This document shows, in pieces, positions 41,682-52,638 of a DNA stretch of 64,000 bases. Position 1 is the first letter of the stretch. Each line of letters starts with the position of its first letter. This DNA is from Halorussus marinus (GTDB lineage Archaea; Halobacteriota; Halobacteria; Halobacteriales; Haladaptataceae). The notes under the pieces were generated by a model, which saw only the letters and a program-made list of their open reading frames with translations, did no database searches and was not told the origin of the DNA. The stretch lies in the NCBI RefSeq assembly GCF_004765795.1, contig NZ_SBIV01000002.1, positions 248,001-312,000 on the forward strand, read 5' to 3'. The position numbers were made by a program, and so were the translations under genes.

Positions 41682-42589
41682 GCGAGACAAAATCGACGAT
41701 CCAGACGGAGAGCAACCCCGACCGACCGGTCTCGACGACGACCGGCGAGACCGAAGAGGAGGTCCGCAGCGAGTGGCGCGAGTACGCGTTCGACGGCGAG
41801 CCGAAGCTGTCGGTCGAGAACCTCGACGTGTACTACGGCGACGACCACGCGCTTCGAGACGTGTCGATAGACATCCCCGAGGAGAGCGTGACCGCGCTCA
41901 TCGGCCCGTCGGGCTGTGGGAAGTCGACGTTCCTCCGGTGTCTCAACCGGATGAACGACCGGATCAAGAGCGCGCGCGTCGACGGGTCGGTCGAGGTCGA
42001 CGGCGAGGAGATCTATCAGGACGGGACGAACCTCGTCGAACTCCGCAAGCGGGTCGGGATGGTGTTCCAGAATCCGAACCCGTTCCCGAAGTCGATCCGG
42101 GACAACGTCTCCTACGGGCCGCGCAAGCACGGCGACATCGACACCGGCGTGCTGGCCGGACTGCTCGGACGATCGAACGAGGAGCGGGAGGCCGAACTGG
42201 TCGAGCGCTCGCTAAAACAGGCCGCCCTCTGGGACGAGGTCGACGACCGGCTCGACGACAACGCGATGGGGCTCTCGGGCGGCCAGCAACAGCGCCTCTG
42301 TATCGCGCGGTGTCTCGCGGTCGATCCGGAGGTCATCCTGATGGACGAGCCCGCGAGCGCGCTCGACCCCATCGCCACCGCGAAGATCGAGGACCTGATC
42401 GACGAGCTCGCCCAGGAGTACACGGTCGTGATCGTCACCCACAACATGCAGCAGGCCGCCCGCATCTCCGACCAGACCGCCGTCTTCCTCACCGGCGGGA
42501 ACCTCGTCGAGTACGGCGAGACCGATCAGGTGTTCGAGAACCCCGAGAGCCAGCGGGTCGAAGACTACATCACCGGGAAGTTCGGGTGA
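41678..42589 (+). CDS. pstB: Phosphate ABC transporter ATPase
   Basis: [32 protein letters not shown], ends YITGKFG. Confidence 0.96.
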   Translation: MSETKSTIQTESNPDRPVSTTTGETEEEVRSEWREYAFDGEPKLSVENLDVYYGDDHALRDVSIDIPEESVTALIGPSGCGKSTFLRCLNRMNDRIKSARVDGSVEVDGEEIYQDGTNLVELRKRVGMVFQNPNPFPKSIRDNVSYGPRKHGDIDTGVLAGLLGRSNEEREAELVERSLKQAALWDEVDDRLDDNAMGLSGGQQQRLCIARCLAVDPEVILMDEPASALDPIATAKIEDLIDELAQEYTVVIVTHNMQQAARISDQTAVFLTGGNLVEYGETDQVFENPESQRVEDYITGKFG

Positions 42590-42594
42590 TCCGC

Positions 42595-43611
42595 GTGGAC
42601 ACCGACGCGGGGGTCCGGACCCGAAAGCTCCAGAAGGTCGGCGGCTCGACCTACACCGTCTCGGTCCCCAAAGAGTGGGCGCGCGAGCAGGGGCTGGAGG
42701 CCGGCGCACAGATCCACCTCTACGCCCACGGCGACGGCTCGCTGGTCGTCCGGAGCTCCGAGAGGGACGGCGGGGAGCTGGCCGCGACGCGCCTCGAGGT
42801 CGACGGCGAGAGCGACGAGTCGATCGAACGGGCGGTCGAGGCCGCCTACGCCGCCGGATTCGAGGAGATCGAGCTCGTCCCGACCGACTCGTTCACGCCG
42901 GCACAGCGCCGGACGGCCGACTCGCTCGCGCGGACGCTGGTCGGCGCCGAGGTCATCGAGGCCGGCGCCGACCGAATCGCGATCCGAAATCTGCTCGACT
43001 CCGCGGACGTGTCGGTCAGGCAGTCGCTGGTCCAGCTCCAGTTCGCGGCGCTCGCGGTCCACCGGACCGCGACCGAGGCGGTAATCGCCGACGCCTCCGT
43101 CGACGGGCTCGACGCGAGGGCGGCGGAGGTCGACCGGCTGTTCGAGATGATCACGCGCCACTTCAATCGGTCGCTGACCGATTTCGCCGAGCTCGACCGG
43201 CTCGGCGTCGGCCGAACGACGCTGTTCGAGTACTACCGGACCGCCCGCCAGCTCCGGCGGGTCGCCGACGCCGCCGTCGAAATCGGAGCGGTCGCCGACC
43301 GGCTCGACGAGCCCGTCCCCGACGCGACCGTGCCCGAGGTCGAGTCGCTCGCCGCGGACGCCAGACGCGTCGTCGAGGACGCAAGCGACGCCGTGCTCGA
43401 CGACTGTGGGACCGACGTCGCCCACCGGGTGCTCGATCGCCGCGAGGAGACGGTCGCGGCCGTCGAGGCGGTCGACCGCGCGCTGTTCGAGCGGTCGCCC
43501 GCCGAGGCCCACCGCCTGAACGGGGTGCTCGACGGACTCGCCGCGACCGCCGAGAGCGGCGGCGAGATCGCCGAGATCGCCGTCCGGTCGGCGATCCGAA
43601 ACGGCGAGTGA
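42595..43611 (+). CDS. phoU: PhoU-family phosphate regulator with N-terminal AbrB/SpoVT domain
   Basis: RKLQKVGGSTYTVSVPKEWA; helical PhoU repeats; last gene of pst operon; start may be 42586. Confidence 0.85.
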   Translation: MDTDAGVRTRKLQKVGGSTYTVSVPKEWAREQGLEAGAQIHLYAHGDGSLVVRSSERDGGELAATRLEVDGESDESIERAVEAAYAAGFEEIELVPTDSFTPAQRRTADSLARTLVGAEVIEAGADRIAIRNLLDSADVSVRQSLVQLQFAALAVHRTATEAVIADASVDGLDARAAEVDRLFEMITRHFNRSLTDFAELDRLGVGRTTLFEYYRTARQLRRVADAAVEIGAVADRLDEPVPDATVPEVESLAADARRVVEDASDAVLDDCGTDVAHRVLDRREETVAAVEAVDRALFERSPAEAHRLNGVLDGLAATAESGGEIAEIAVRSAIRNGE

Positions 43612-43626
43612 TCGCGACGACCGCCG

Positions 43627-43980
43627 TCAGTCGACGCGGCCCCGGCGCTCGACGAAGTCGACGACCGCCTCGGTCTCCTGGAAGCCGTCGACGAGTCGGT
43701 CGACCGGCTCGCCGTCGGCGAACAGCAGGAGCGTCGGGACGCTTCGCACGTCGTAGGTCTCGATCAGATCGAGGTCCTCGCGGGGGTTGAGCAGTCCGAC
43801 CGCGGCGTCGGTCGCGCGGGCGACGTTGCCCACGACCGGTTCGATGGCCTGACAGAGGGGACACCCCTTCGTGTAGAAGTCCACCAGCGCGAGGTCGTGG
43901 TCGGTCACGAACGCCGCGAGGTCGTCGCCGTCGTCGAGCCGGACGGGCGTGTCGGGCTCGGGGTCGGTTGTCTCTTGCAC
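43627..43980 (-). CDS. Thioredoxin-like protein
   Basis: VDFYTKGCPLC, VRSVPTLLLF. Confidence 0.85.
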   Translation of the reverse strand: MQETTDPEPDTPVRLDDGDDLAAFVTDHDLALVDFYTKGCPLCQAIEPVVGNVARATDAAVGLLNPREDLDLIETYDVRSVPTLLLFADGEPVDRLVDGFQETEAVVDFVERRGRVD

Positions 43981-44126
43981 GCCCGTCCGTAGGGGCCGGG
44001 GACCGTTAGGGCTTCCGTCGGGGCGGATCGACGAACCTCGACGGCGACACGTCCACCCGGGGACGGCGCGCTCGTCGCCGATCGGTTCCGAGGGGTATTT
44101 CGGCCTCCGCCCCCTGAAACTCGCCC

Positions 44127-46718
44127 ATGGACGCGGCGCTGGGGGTACCCGAGAAGATGGCCGACCGCGGCGAGGAGCTGACGCCGATGCTGAGCCAGTA
44201 CCGGGCGCTCTGCGAGCGGTACGACGACTCGCTCGTGCTGTTTCAGGTGGGGGACTTCTACGAGACGTTCTGCGAGGCGGCGGAGGCGACCGCCCGACTG
44301 CTCGAGATCACCCTGACCCAGCGCGAGGACTCGACCGGCACCTACCCGATGGCGGGCATCCCCATCGACAACGCCGAGTCGTACATCGAGACGCTGCTGG
44401 ACGCCGGCTACCGGGTCGCGGTCGCCGATCAGGTTCAGGACCCCGACGAGACCACCGGCGTGGTCGACCGGGCGGTGACCCGGATCGTCACGCCCGGCAC
44501 GCTGACCGAAGACGAACTGCTTGCGACCGACGACAACAACTTCGTCGCCTGCCTGACCGAGGACCCCGATCGGTTCGGGCTCGCGCTGCTCGACGTCTCG
44601 ACCGGCGACTTCTACGCGACCAGCGCGCGCCGGGAGACGACGATCGCCGACGAGGTGAGCCGGTTCGCGCCGGCCGAGGCGGTCGTCGAGCCCGGGGTCG
44701 AGGCCGACCCCTTCGACGCCGACTGCATGGTGTCGCCGTACGACGCCGGGGCGTTCGAGCCCGGGGCGGCCGCCGAGACGGTCGTGACGTACTTCGGCTC
44801 GCCCGACGCCCGGCTGGCCGCCGACGCCGAGGTCCGGGCCTGCGGCGCGCTGTTGGCGTACGCCGAGTACGCCAGGAGCGGGCAGGACGACCGGCTCGAT
44901 TACATCAACCACCTCACCCGCTACGAGCCCCGCGAGTACATGCTGCTCGATCGGGTCGCTCTCTCCAGTCTGGAGCTGTTCGAGCGCCGGACGGTCCACG
45001 GCGACGCGGAGGTGACCCTGCTCGGCGTCCTCGACGAGACCTCGTGTGCGATGGGAAGCCGGGAGCTCAAAGACTGGCTCCGGCGGCCGCTGGTCGACCC
45101 CGACCGGATCGAGGCGCGCCTCGACGCGGTCGAGGAGTGGACCCGCAACGTCCGCGAGCGCGAGGCGGCCCGCGAGACGCTCCGGGACGTCTACGACATC
45201 GAGCGGCTCATCGCCCGGATCTCGCGGGGGCGAGCCGACGCCCGGGACCTGCGGTCGCTGAAAGACACCCTCGACACGGTGCCCGAACTCAGGGAGACGC
45301 TGTCGGGGTTCGACTCGGAGACGCTCGCCGCGCTCCGAGCCGACCTCGACGAACTCGAAGACGTCCGGGCGCTGATCGACGACGCCATCAGGCCCGATCC
45401 CGCCCGCGAGATAACCGAAGGCGAGGTCATAAACCCCGAGTACGACGCGGAGCTGGCCCGACTGCGCGAGACCGAGCGCGAGGGGAAAGCGTGGATCGAC
45501 GACCTCGAGGCCCAGGAGCGCGAGCGGACCGGCATCGACTCGCTGAAGGTGGGCCACAACTCGGTCCACGGCTACTACATCGAGGTGACCAACGCCAACC
45601 TCGATTCGGTGCCCGACGACTACACCCGACGCCAGACGCTCAAAAACTCCGAGCGGTTCTACACGCCCGAGCTCAAGGAGCGCGAGGACGAGATCCTCCG
45701 GGCCGAGAGCCGGGCCGACGACCTCGAACACGAGCTGTTCCGGGAGGTCCGGTCGGCGGTCGCCGCCGAGTCCGAGCGCGTGCAGGCGGTCGCGGCGGCG
45801 CTGGCCGAACTCGACGTGCTCGCCGCCCTCGGCGAGGTGGCGGCCACCCGCGACTACGTCCGACCCGAGATCGGCGGCGACGGGATCGAGATCGAGGGCG
45901 GGCGCCACCCAGTGGTCGAGCGCACCCAGCAGTCGTTCGTCCCCAACGACACGCGCCTCGACTCCGAGCGGTCGTTCGCGGTCGTGACCGGCCCGAACAT
46001 GTCGGGGAAGTCGACGTACATGCGACAGGTCGCGCTCGTCACGGTGTTAGCCCAGACCGGGAGCTTCGTGCCGGCGGCGAGCGCCCGGATCGAGCCGGTC
46101 GATCGGGTGTTCACCCGGGTGGGCGCGAGCGACGACATCGCGGGCGGCCGGTCGACGTTCATGGTCGAGATGACCGAACTGGCCTCGATCCTCCGGAGCG
46201 CGACCGCGGACTCGCTGGTCTTGCTCGACGAGGTCGGACGGGGCACTAGCACCACCGACGGGCTCGCGATCGCCCGCGCGGTCACCGAACACGTCCACGA
46301 CGAGATCGGCGCGCTGACGCTGTTTGCGACCCACCACCACGAGCTGACCGAGACCGCCGCCGAACTCCCGAACGCCTTCAACCTCCACTTCGCCGCCAAC
46401 CAGACCGCCGGCGAGGTCGCGTTCGACCACGAGGTCCGGCGGGGCGCGGCCACCGCCTCCTACGGCGTGCAGGTCGCCCGGGAGGCCGGTGTCCCCGACG
46501 AAGTGGTGGCGCGCTCGACGGAACTGCTCGACGCCGACCGCGGGGGGACCGACCGCGCCGGCGACCCCGACGCCTCCAGCCCGGAACCGGCCCCCGAGGT
46601 CGTCGCCGACGGCCCGAAGGACGCGCTCGCGGCCCGCCTCCGGGAGCTCGACGTGGCGACGATGACGCCGCTGGAGGCGATGAACGCGCTCGCCGAACTC
46701 AAAGACGAGGTCGAGTGA
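44127..46718 (+). CDS. mutS: DNA mismatch repair protein MutS (MutS1)
   Basis: [47 protein letters not shown]. Confidence 0.97.
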   Translation: MDAALGVPEKMADRGEELTPMLSQYRALCERYDDSLVLFQVGDFYETFCEAAEATARLLEITLTQREDSTGTYPMAGIPIDNAESYIETLLDAGYRVAVADQVQDPDETTGVVDRAVTRIVTPGTLTEDELLATDDNNFVACLTEDPDRFGLALLDVSTGDFYATSARRETTIADEVSRFAPAEAVVEPGVEADPFDADCMVSPYDAGAFEPGAAAETVVTYFGSPDARLAADAEVRACGALLAYAEYARSGQDDRLDYINHLTRYEPREYMLLDRVALSSLELFERRTVHGDAEVTLLGVLDETSCAMGSRELKDWLRRPLVDPDRIEARLDAVEEWTRNVREREAARETLRDVYDIERLIARISRGRADARDLRSLKDTLDTVPELRETLSGFDSETLAALRADLDELEDVRALIDDAIRPDPAREITEGEVINPEYDAELARLRETEREGKAWIDDLEAQERERTGIDSLKVGHNSVHGYYIEVTNANLDSVPDDYTRRQTLKNSERFYTPELKEREDEILRAESRADDLEHELFREVRSAVAAESERVQAVAAALAELDVLAALGEVAATRDYVRPEIGGDGIEIEGGRHPVVERTQQSFVPNDTRLDSERSFAVVTGPNMSGKSTYMRQVALVTVLAQTGSFVPAASARIEPVDRVFTRVGASDDIAGGRSTFMVEMTELASILRSATADSLVLLDEVGRGTSTTDGLAIARAVTEHVHDEIGALTLFATHHHELTETAAELPNAFNLHFAANQTAGEVAFDHEVRRGAATASYGVQVAREAGVPDEVVARSTELLDADRGGTDRAGDPDASSPEPAPEVVADGPKDALAARLRELDVATMTPLEAMNALAELKDEVE

Positions 46719-46732
46719 CCCGGCCGGCAGGG

Positions 46733-47491
46733 TCACTCGGGCGGGCCGAGCGAGACGAACTCCAGTCCCTCCTCGGCCAGCAGGCCGCGCGCCCGGTCGG
46801 TCACCGAGGGCGCGACGAGGATGCCGCGGACCTCGGCGTCGGCGTGGAGTTCGCGACCCAGCGCCTCGACGTACCGCGAGAGCTGGCCCGCGGCGTCCGG
46901 GCCGACCCGCTTGCGCTTGAGTTCGACTACGACGGTCGCGCCGGCCCGGTCCTCGCCGTAGATGTCGACCGCCCCGGCGGGGGTCTCGCGCTCGGTGGCC
47001 AGCGGCGTGAACCCGTCCTCGACCAGCTCCGGGTCGTCGAGGATCCGCTGGCGGAGGTCCTCCTCGGTCCCGGTGAGCGACCGGTCGGCGGGGTCGGCGA
47101 CGTCGAAGGTCGCGACCTGCTCGACCGACTCGAACGCGACGACCAGTTCCTCGTCGGGCGACGACCGGCGGCTCGCGATCCGGAGGTCGCCGTCCGCGAC
47201 GGCGGCTTCGTGGGTACATCCCGGCGGCTGCCAGTTGATCGGCTTCTGGCCTTCGTCGGTGTGGACCAGCGCGGTGCCGTCCGGCTTGAGCACCACCAGC
47301 CGGTCGCCGGGGCCGAGGCTACTCGCGGCCCGGCCCTCGTAGTCGACCGTACACCGGCCGAAGACGGTGATCATCGCGCCGTCGTCGATCCCGGCCGCGA
47401 TCCGCCGGCGGGCGGTCTCGGGGTCGGGGCGGACGAGCGCGTCGGCGTCGGCGGGGTCTGCGTCCGGGGCGTCGCCGTCTGCGAGAGTCAC
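46733..47491 (-). CDS. nucS: Mismatch-specific endonuclease NucS/EndoMS
   Basis: YEGRA, KPDGTALVH, PINWQP, VVVELKR, QLSRY. Confidence 0.95.
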   Translation of the reverse strand: MTLADGDAPDADPADADALVRPDPETARRRIAAGIDDGAMITVFGRCTVDYEGRAASSLGPGDRLVVLKPDGTALVHTDEGQKPINWQPPGCTHEAAVADGDLRIASRRSSPDEELVVAFESVEQVATFDVADPADRSLTGTEEDLRQRILDDPELVEDGFTPLATERETPAGAVDIYGEDRAGATVVVELKRKRVGPDAAGQLSRYVEALGRELHADAEVRGILVAPSVTDRARGLLAEEGLEFVSLGPPE

Positions 47492-47566
47492 GCTCCCGGA
47501 TAGGCGACCGAGCCACTAAAGCGCCCCGCGTCCGCCGGCGAAGCGACGGCGGTCTCGGGCGCGGGC

Positions 47567-48091
47567 TCACTCGGGCAGGATCACCTCCCGGTCGCCGGCC
47601 CGCGAGCGGACCCGGGCCGAGAGGTACGCGAGCGCGTCCTCGCGCGCGACGGCGCCGCAGTCGAAGGCGTCCCCGACCGCGGCCTTCGTCCCCCGGAACC
47701 AGCCGGGTAGGAAGTCGTCGTGGGGCGGCCGGGCCGCGACCAGCGCGCCGTGGCCGACCGTCTCGCTTCGCTCGACGCCGTCGGCGTCGGATTCGAGGCC
47801 GAACCAGAGGACGTGGAACGGCGCGACCTCGAAGCCGGCGTCGACGCGGTAGAACGCCTCGTAGCCGAGGAAATCGAGGCGGTCGGCGACGACCGTCTCG
47901 AACCCGAGGCCGGTCCCAATCGGGTCGGGGTCGACCGCGAACGCGGTGTCGGCGGCGAACGGCGTCTCGGCCGAGACGTGGCGGGCGAGCGCGAAGTCGG
48001 CGCCGCCCCACTGCGAGCGGTGGAGGTCGTAGGTCGGATCGCCGGCCGAGTCGTCGTCGCGGCGATACGCGAGGAGCGCGCGGTGTCCCAT
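47567..48091 (-). CDS. Haloarchaeal hypothetical protein (DUF6735-like)
   Basis: MGHRALLAY...YDLHRSQWGG start. Confidence 0.7.
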   Translation of the reverse strand: MGHRALLAYRRDDDSAGDPTYDLHRSQWGGADFALARHVSAETPFAADTAFAVDPDPIGTGLGFETVVADRLDFLGYEAFYRVDAGFEVAPFHVLWFGLESDADGVERSETVGHGALVAARPPHDDFLPGWFRGTKAAVGDAFDCGAVAREDALAYLSARVRSRAGDREVILPE

Positions 48092-48180
48092 TCGAGGGGA
48101 GGTGGCCGCGGCTTCGGACAAAAGGGTACGGACCGGGCGCGCGGCGTCGGCGAGCGCGGCGCCGCGGTCCGGGCGCCGAT

Positions 48181-48555
48181 CTACGAGACGGCGCCGTCTT
48201 TGGTCTCTGCGGCCGCGAGGTGCTCGGCGCCCCACTCGGCCATCGCGGAGATGACCGGCCGAAGCGACTCCCCGCGGTCGGTCAGCGAGTACGACACCCG
48301 GACGGGCTTTTCGCTCACGATCTCCCGGTCGACCAGCCCCTTCGATTCGAGGTCGTCGAGGCTGTCCGAGAGCACCTTGCTGGAGACGCCGTCGACGTCG
48401 TCTTTGAGTTCGTTGAACCCCATCGGGCCGCCGTCGAGCAGGCGGTGGATCACCACGGGGTGCCACTTCTTGCCGAGGATGGTCGCTGTCGCGGTGACCG
48501 CACACCAGTCCTCCCCCGCACACCACACCGAGAGCGGTTGGTCGGCGTCGCTCAT
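48181..48555 (-). CDS. HxlR-family winged-helix transcriptional regulator
   Basis: ILGKKW, FNELK, VSSKVLSDSL, PVRVSYSLTDRG. Confidence 0.92.
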   Translation of the reverse strand: MSDADQPLSVWCAGEDWCAVTATATILGKKWHPVVIHRLLDGGPMGFNELKDDVDGVSSKVLSDSLDDLESKGLVDREIVSEKPVRVSYSLTDRGESLRPVISAMAEWGAEHLAAAETKDGAVS

Positions 48556-48602
48556 GGCGGGGCCAACGCGGTCGCGCCACAAATACTTACCTCGTTCAAT
48601 CT

Positions 48603-48619
48603 AGTTACCGATAGTAACT
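48603..48619. promoter_or_regulatory. Palindromic operator candidate AGTTAC-N5-GTAACT
   Basis: Perfect 6-bp inverted repeat between the divergent HxlR and AIR-synthase-family genes. Confidence 0.5.
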
Positions 48620-48667
48620 GGTCGGGGAACCGCCACGGATTTGGTCGCGAGCCCCCAACGATCGGTA

Positions 48668-49687
48668 ATGACCGACCTCGGCAAGGTCGACCGAGCGTTC
48701 TTCGACGAACAGATCTACCCGCGGCTCGGAGCCGACCGGCCGGACGTGCGCCTCGGGCCGCGACACGGCGTCGACTTCGGCGTGCTCGACGTCGGCGGGC
48801 GGGCGGTCGTGGTGGCCAGCGATCCGCTCTCGCTGACCCCCGCGCTCGGCTTCGAGAAGGCGGCGTGGTTCGCGGTCCACGTCGCGCTCTCGGACGCGGC
48901 GGTGTCGGGAATCGCGCCCTCGCATCTGGCGGTCACGTTCACCCTGCCGCCCGAGATGACCGACGCGGAGTTCGAGACGGTGTGGGAGACGTTCGACCGC
49001 GAGGCCACCGAACTGGGCGTCAGCATCGTGACGGGCCACACCGCCCGCTACGGCGGGTGTCAGTACCCGTGGGTCGGGGGCGCGACCGCGCTCGCGGTCG
49101 GCGACCACGACGACCTCGTGCGCCCCGACGGCGCGACCCCGGGCGACCGCCTGCTGGTCACCAAGGGCCCGGGCGTCGAGGTCGCGGGCTTTCTGGTGAC
49201 GCTGTTCGAGGACGCCGTCGACCTCCCGGCGTCGACGATCGCGGACGCCAAAGAGCGCTTCTACGACATGAGCCCGGTGCGGGACGCGCTGACCGCCGCG
49301 GCGGCCGGGCCAGTCACCGCGATGCACGACGCCACCGAGGGCGGCCTCCGAGGCGCGCTGGTCGAGGTGGCCCGAGCGGGCGGGGTCCGACTCGACGTCG
49401 AGTCGTCGGCGGTCCCGTCGCTCCCCGGAGTCGAGGCCGCCTGCGAGTTCTTCGAGATCGACCCGTGGGCCGCGACCAGCGAGGGCACGCTGGTGGTATC
49501 GGTCGACCCGTCGGGCGTCGACGCGGTGCTGGCGGCGCTCGACGAGGAGGGGATCCCGGCCGCCGAGATCGGGGCGGTGCGCGACGGCGAGGGCGCGTAC
49601 GTCGACGGCGAGCGCGTCGAACCCCCGGAGTCGGACCCCTCGTGGGCGGTGTTCGAGGAGTACGCCGAGACGGTCGGACTGGAGTGA
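48668..49687 (+). CDS. AIR synthase-related (HypE/ThiL-like) protein
   Basis: SDP, GHT, AMHDATEGG, SEGTLV motifs. Confidence 0.88.
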   Translation: MTDLGKVDRAFFDEQIYPRLGADRPDVRLGPRHGVDFGVLDVGGRAVVVASDPLSLTPALGFEKAAWFAVHVALSDAAVSGIAPSHLAVTFTLPPEMTDAEFETVWETFDREATELGVSIVTGHTARYGGCQYPWVGGATALAVGDHDDLVRPDGATPGDRLLVTKGPGVEVAGFLVTLFEDAVDLPASTIADAKERFYDMSPVRDALTAAAAGPVTAMHDATEGGLRGALVEVARAGGVRLDVESSAVPSLPGVEAACEFFEIDPWAATSEGTLVVSVDPSGVDAVLAALDEEGIPAAEIGAVRDGEGAYVDGERVEPPESDPSWAVFEEYAETVGLE

Positions 49688-49753
49688 GCCCGAGAGGCGG
49701 CGCTACCGAGCACTCGCGTCCGGAAAACCGAGTCGGAAACCGGATCGGCCCGA

Positions 49754-50020
49754 TCAGGCGCCGGCTTCCTGAAGCGCCTCTTCGAGTTCGTCGCGCTGGG
49801 TGACGCCGACGAACCGCTCGACGACCCCGTCGTCGTTTTCGACCACGATGGTCGGGATCGACCGGACCTGATACTCGTTGGCGACGTCCTGGTGTTCGTC
49901 GACGTCGATCTTCTCGAACTCGACGTCGCCCCAGTCGGCCTCCATCTCTTCGAGGATCGGGTCTTGGGTCTTGCACGGGCCACACCAGTCCGCGTAAAAG
50001 TCCTTCAGGGTGACAGTCAT
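49754..50020 (-). CDS. trxA: Thioredoxin
   Basis: [17 protein letters not shown]. Confidence 0.92.
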   Translation of the reverse strand: MTVTLKDFYADWCGPCKTQDPILEEMEADWGDVEFEKIDVDEHQDVANEYQVRSIPTIVVENDDGVVERFVGVTQRDELEEALQEAGA

Positions 50021-50130
50021 CTGTAGTCGACCCGACCTACCTGCGCCGCGCGCATAAGGGTTTCCCACCACCCCCGACTTGCCGGAAGCGCAACGAAAGG
50101 TTTAGGCGACCGGCGGCCGGACGACCGCAC

Positions 50131-50295
50131 ATGAGCAGTGGCCAGAACTCGGGCGGGCTGATGTCGAGCGCGGGACTCGTCCGGTACTTCGACGCCGAGG
50201 ACCGAAACGCCATCCGCATCGACCCCAAGACCATCGTCGCGTTCGGCGTCCTCTTCGGCGTCTTCATCAAGGTCATCAACGTCATGGGCCTGTAA
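50131..50295 (+). CDS. Preprotein translocase subunit Sec61beta (54 aa, below ORF-track cutoff)
   Basis: Manual translation [54 protein letters not shown]. Confidence 0.93.
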   Translation: MSSGQNSGGLMSSAGLVRYFDAEDRNAIRIDPKTIVAFGVLFGVFIKVINVMGL

Positions 50296-50364
50296 GGCGC
50301 CGACGCCGCTCGGAGGTCGATCCGAGACGGACGCTTTTTGCTTCCCGACTTCGTAGCTCCCGCT

Positions 50365-50979
50365 ATGACTCTCCACGCCGGCGTCATCGCCGTGCAGGGC
50401 GACGTGACCGAACACGCAGACGCGATCCGCCGGGCGGGCCGGGCCCACGGCCGCGAGGTAGCGGTGACCGAGATCAGGACCGCCGGAACGGTGCCCGACT
50501 GCGATCTACTGTTGCTCCCCGGCGGCGAATCGACCGCCATCTCCCGACTGTTGCACTCGGAGGGGATCGCGACCGAGATCGTCGACCACGCCGAGGCGGG
50601 CAAGCCCGTGCTGGCGACCTGCGCGGGGCTCATCGTGGCCGCGACCGACGCGGGCGACGACCGGGTCGACAACCTCGGGATCGCGGACGTGACCGTCGAG
50701 CGCAACGCGTTCGGCCGCCAGAAAGACAGCTTCGAGGCGCCCCTCGACGTGAAGGGGCTCGACGACCCCTTCCCGGCGGTGTTCATCCGCGCGCCCCGCA
50801 TCGGCGAGGTCGGCGAGGGTGCCGAGGTGCTGGCCGAGTGGGACGGACACCCGGTCGCGGTCCGGGACGGCCCGGTGGTCGCCACCTCCTTCCACCCCGA
50901 ACTCACCCCCGATTCGCGGCTCCACGGACTGGCGTTCTTCGAGGGGACCGACCGAGCGTCGGCGCCCGCCGGCGAGTAG
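50365..50979 (+). CDS. pdxT: Pyridoxal 5'-phosphate synthase glutaminase subunit
   Basis: AVQGDV.EH, PGGEST, ATCAGLI, RNAFGRQ.DSFE, FIRAP, FHPEL. Confidence 0.96.
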   Translation: MTLHAGVIAVQGDVTEHADAIRRAGRAHGREVAVTEIRTAGTVPDCDLLLLPGGESTAISRLLHSEGIATEIVDHAEAGKPVLATCAGLIVAATDAGDDRVDNLGIADVTVERNAFGRQKDSFEAPLDVKGLDDPFPAVFIRAPRIGEVGEGAEVLAEWDGHPVAVRDGPVVATSFHPELTPDSRLHGLAFFEGTDRASAPAGE

Positions 50980-51015
50980 GGCAGACTTTTCTTGCTGGCC
51001 CCCGTCGGCGGACAC

Positions 51016-51468
51016 ATGGACGCCGACATCGACGCGGTCCGGGTCGCCATGACCGGCGACGGCCCGGTTCCGGTCGTCGTGCTCGCCCCCGACGGCGAGG
51101 ACGACGTGCTCCCCATCTTCATCGGCTTCGACGAGGCCGTCAGCATCGCCCGCGGGATGGAGGCCGAGGACATCGGCCGTCCGCTGACCCACGACCTGTT
51201 GCTCGACGTGGTCGAGGAACTCGGCGGGCGGGTCACCCGCATCGCGGTCACGTCGCTGGAGGAGGGCACCTACATCGCGGACCTCCACGTCGACACCCCG
51301 CGGGGCGAGACGGTCATCGACGCCCGGCCGAGCGACTCGCTCGCGCTGGCGGCCCGCACCAACGCCCCCGTCGAGGTCGCCCCCGAGGTGTTCGAGTCGG
51401 GCCGGCGCGACCCCGAGGAGTTCGACGAACTTCGCGAACTCCACGAGGTCTCGGAGGTGGGGCTGTGA
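51016..51468 (+). CDS. Bifunctional nuclease family protein (DUF151)
   Basis: LPIFIG..EA, RPLTHDL, IDARPSDSLALA. Confidence 0.9.
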   Translation: MDADIDAVRVAMTGDGPVPVVVLAPDGEDDVLPIFIGFDEAVSIARGMEAEDIGRPLTHDLLLDVVEELGGRVTRIAVTSLEEGTYIADLHVDTPRGETVIDARPSDSLALAARTNAPVEVAPEVFESGRRDPEEFDELRELHEVSEVGL

Positions 51469-51770
51469 GCCGGGACGCCGACACCACCGGCGAGATCATA
51501 GACGAACTGTTCGCGGTCATCGAAGACCGCAAGGAGACGCTCCCGGAGGACTCCTACACGGCCTCGCTGTTCCGCCACGAGAAAGGCGAGAACGCGGTGC
51601 TGGAGAAGCTCGGCGAGGAGTCGAGCGAGCTCCTGCTGGCCGCGAAAGACGACGACCGCGAGGAGATCGCCCACGAGAGCGCCGACATCGTCTACCACCT
51701 GCTGGTGTTGCTGTCGATGAAGGACATGGACGTCGCCGACCTGCGGGCGGAACTGCGCGAGCGGCGGTGA
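51465..51770 (+). CDS. hisE: Phosphoribosyl-ATP pyrophosphatase
   Basis: SYTASLF, KLGEESSE, ESADIVYHLLV; GTG start. Confidence 0.93.
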   Translation: MSRDADTTGEIIDELFAVIEDRKETLPEDSYTASLFRHEKGENAVLEKLGEESSELLLAAKDDDREEIAHESADIVYHLLVLLSMKDMDVADLRAELRERR

Positions 51771-51791
51771 GACGGCCGCTCAGTTGGCCGG

Positions 51792-52532
51792 CTACTTCTT
51801 CGCGACGTAGTGGGGGTCTCGCTCGAAGAACCGCCGCACGTCGTCGTGACGGCCCACCACGTCGAGGGGCGTGAACCCGCACTTGCGGAGCTGGAGCCAC
51901 TGGTGGATCGGGTTCGACAGGTAGATCTCGACCTCGCCGAGCGGGACGCTCTCGACCTTGTACCGCGAGAGAAGCCGGTCGCGGTTCTTCGGACGGAGAT
52001 AGAGGTCCCACACGTCTTTCAGCGCCTGCAACAGATCGCGCCCGGAGAGCGGGACGAACGGATGCCAGCTGTTGTGCGAGGAAAACACCAGTACGCCGGC
52101 GGGCTTCAGCACCCGGTAGAGCTCGCGAAGCGCCGCGAGGCGCTCGGCCCGAGGGAGGACGTAGTCGAGCCCGTAGAACGAGAACACGGCGTAGTCGAAC
52201 GTCGCCGACTCGAAGGGAAGGGTCCGGACGTCCGCGAGCTGGAAGTCGAGGTCCGGCCGGCGGTCGCTCGCGTCGGCCACCAGCGGCCTGCTGACGTCGA
52301 CGCCGGTCGCGTCGAACCCCCGATCGGCGAGAAGCGAGGCGACTCGGCCGGCGCCACACCCGACGTCGAGCACCGACCCGCCCGGCTCGGTGAAGTACCG
52401 CTCGACCGCCGTCCGCTCCTGGGAAAACAGCGCCGCGTCGGCCATCCGATCGGCGTAGAGGTCGACGGCGCGCTCGGTGTGAAACGGCCCGTGGTCGCTC
52501 GACTCCGCCGCGGCGTCTCGTTCGTCCGTCAC
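51792..52532 (-). CDS. Class I SAM-dependent methyltransferase
   Basis: VLDVGCGAG, GVDVS, LPF...FD, RVLKPAG. Confidence 0.9.
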   Translation of the reverse strand: MTDERDAAAESSDHGPFHTERAVDLYADRMADAALFSQERTAVERYFTEPGGSVLDVGCGAGRVASLLADRGFDATGVDVSRPLVADASDRRPDLDFQLADVRTLPFESATFDYAVFSFYGLDYVLPRAERLAALRELYRVLKPAGVLVFSSHNSWHPFVPLSGRDLLQALKDVWDLYLRPKNRDRLLSRYKVESVPLGEVEIYLSNPIHQWLQLRKCGFTPLDVVGRHDDVRRFFERDPHYVAKK

Positions 52533-52638
52533 GCGATCTCACTCGTGTCGAGCACGACGCCCCGAGTGATACCAGTTTTGACGCCGGCCGAGTGACGAAC
52601 CCAAAACCCTACCATCCCTGCGACCCCTACGAGTAGCC

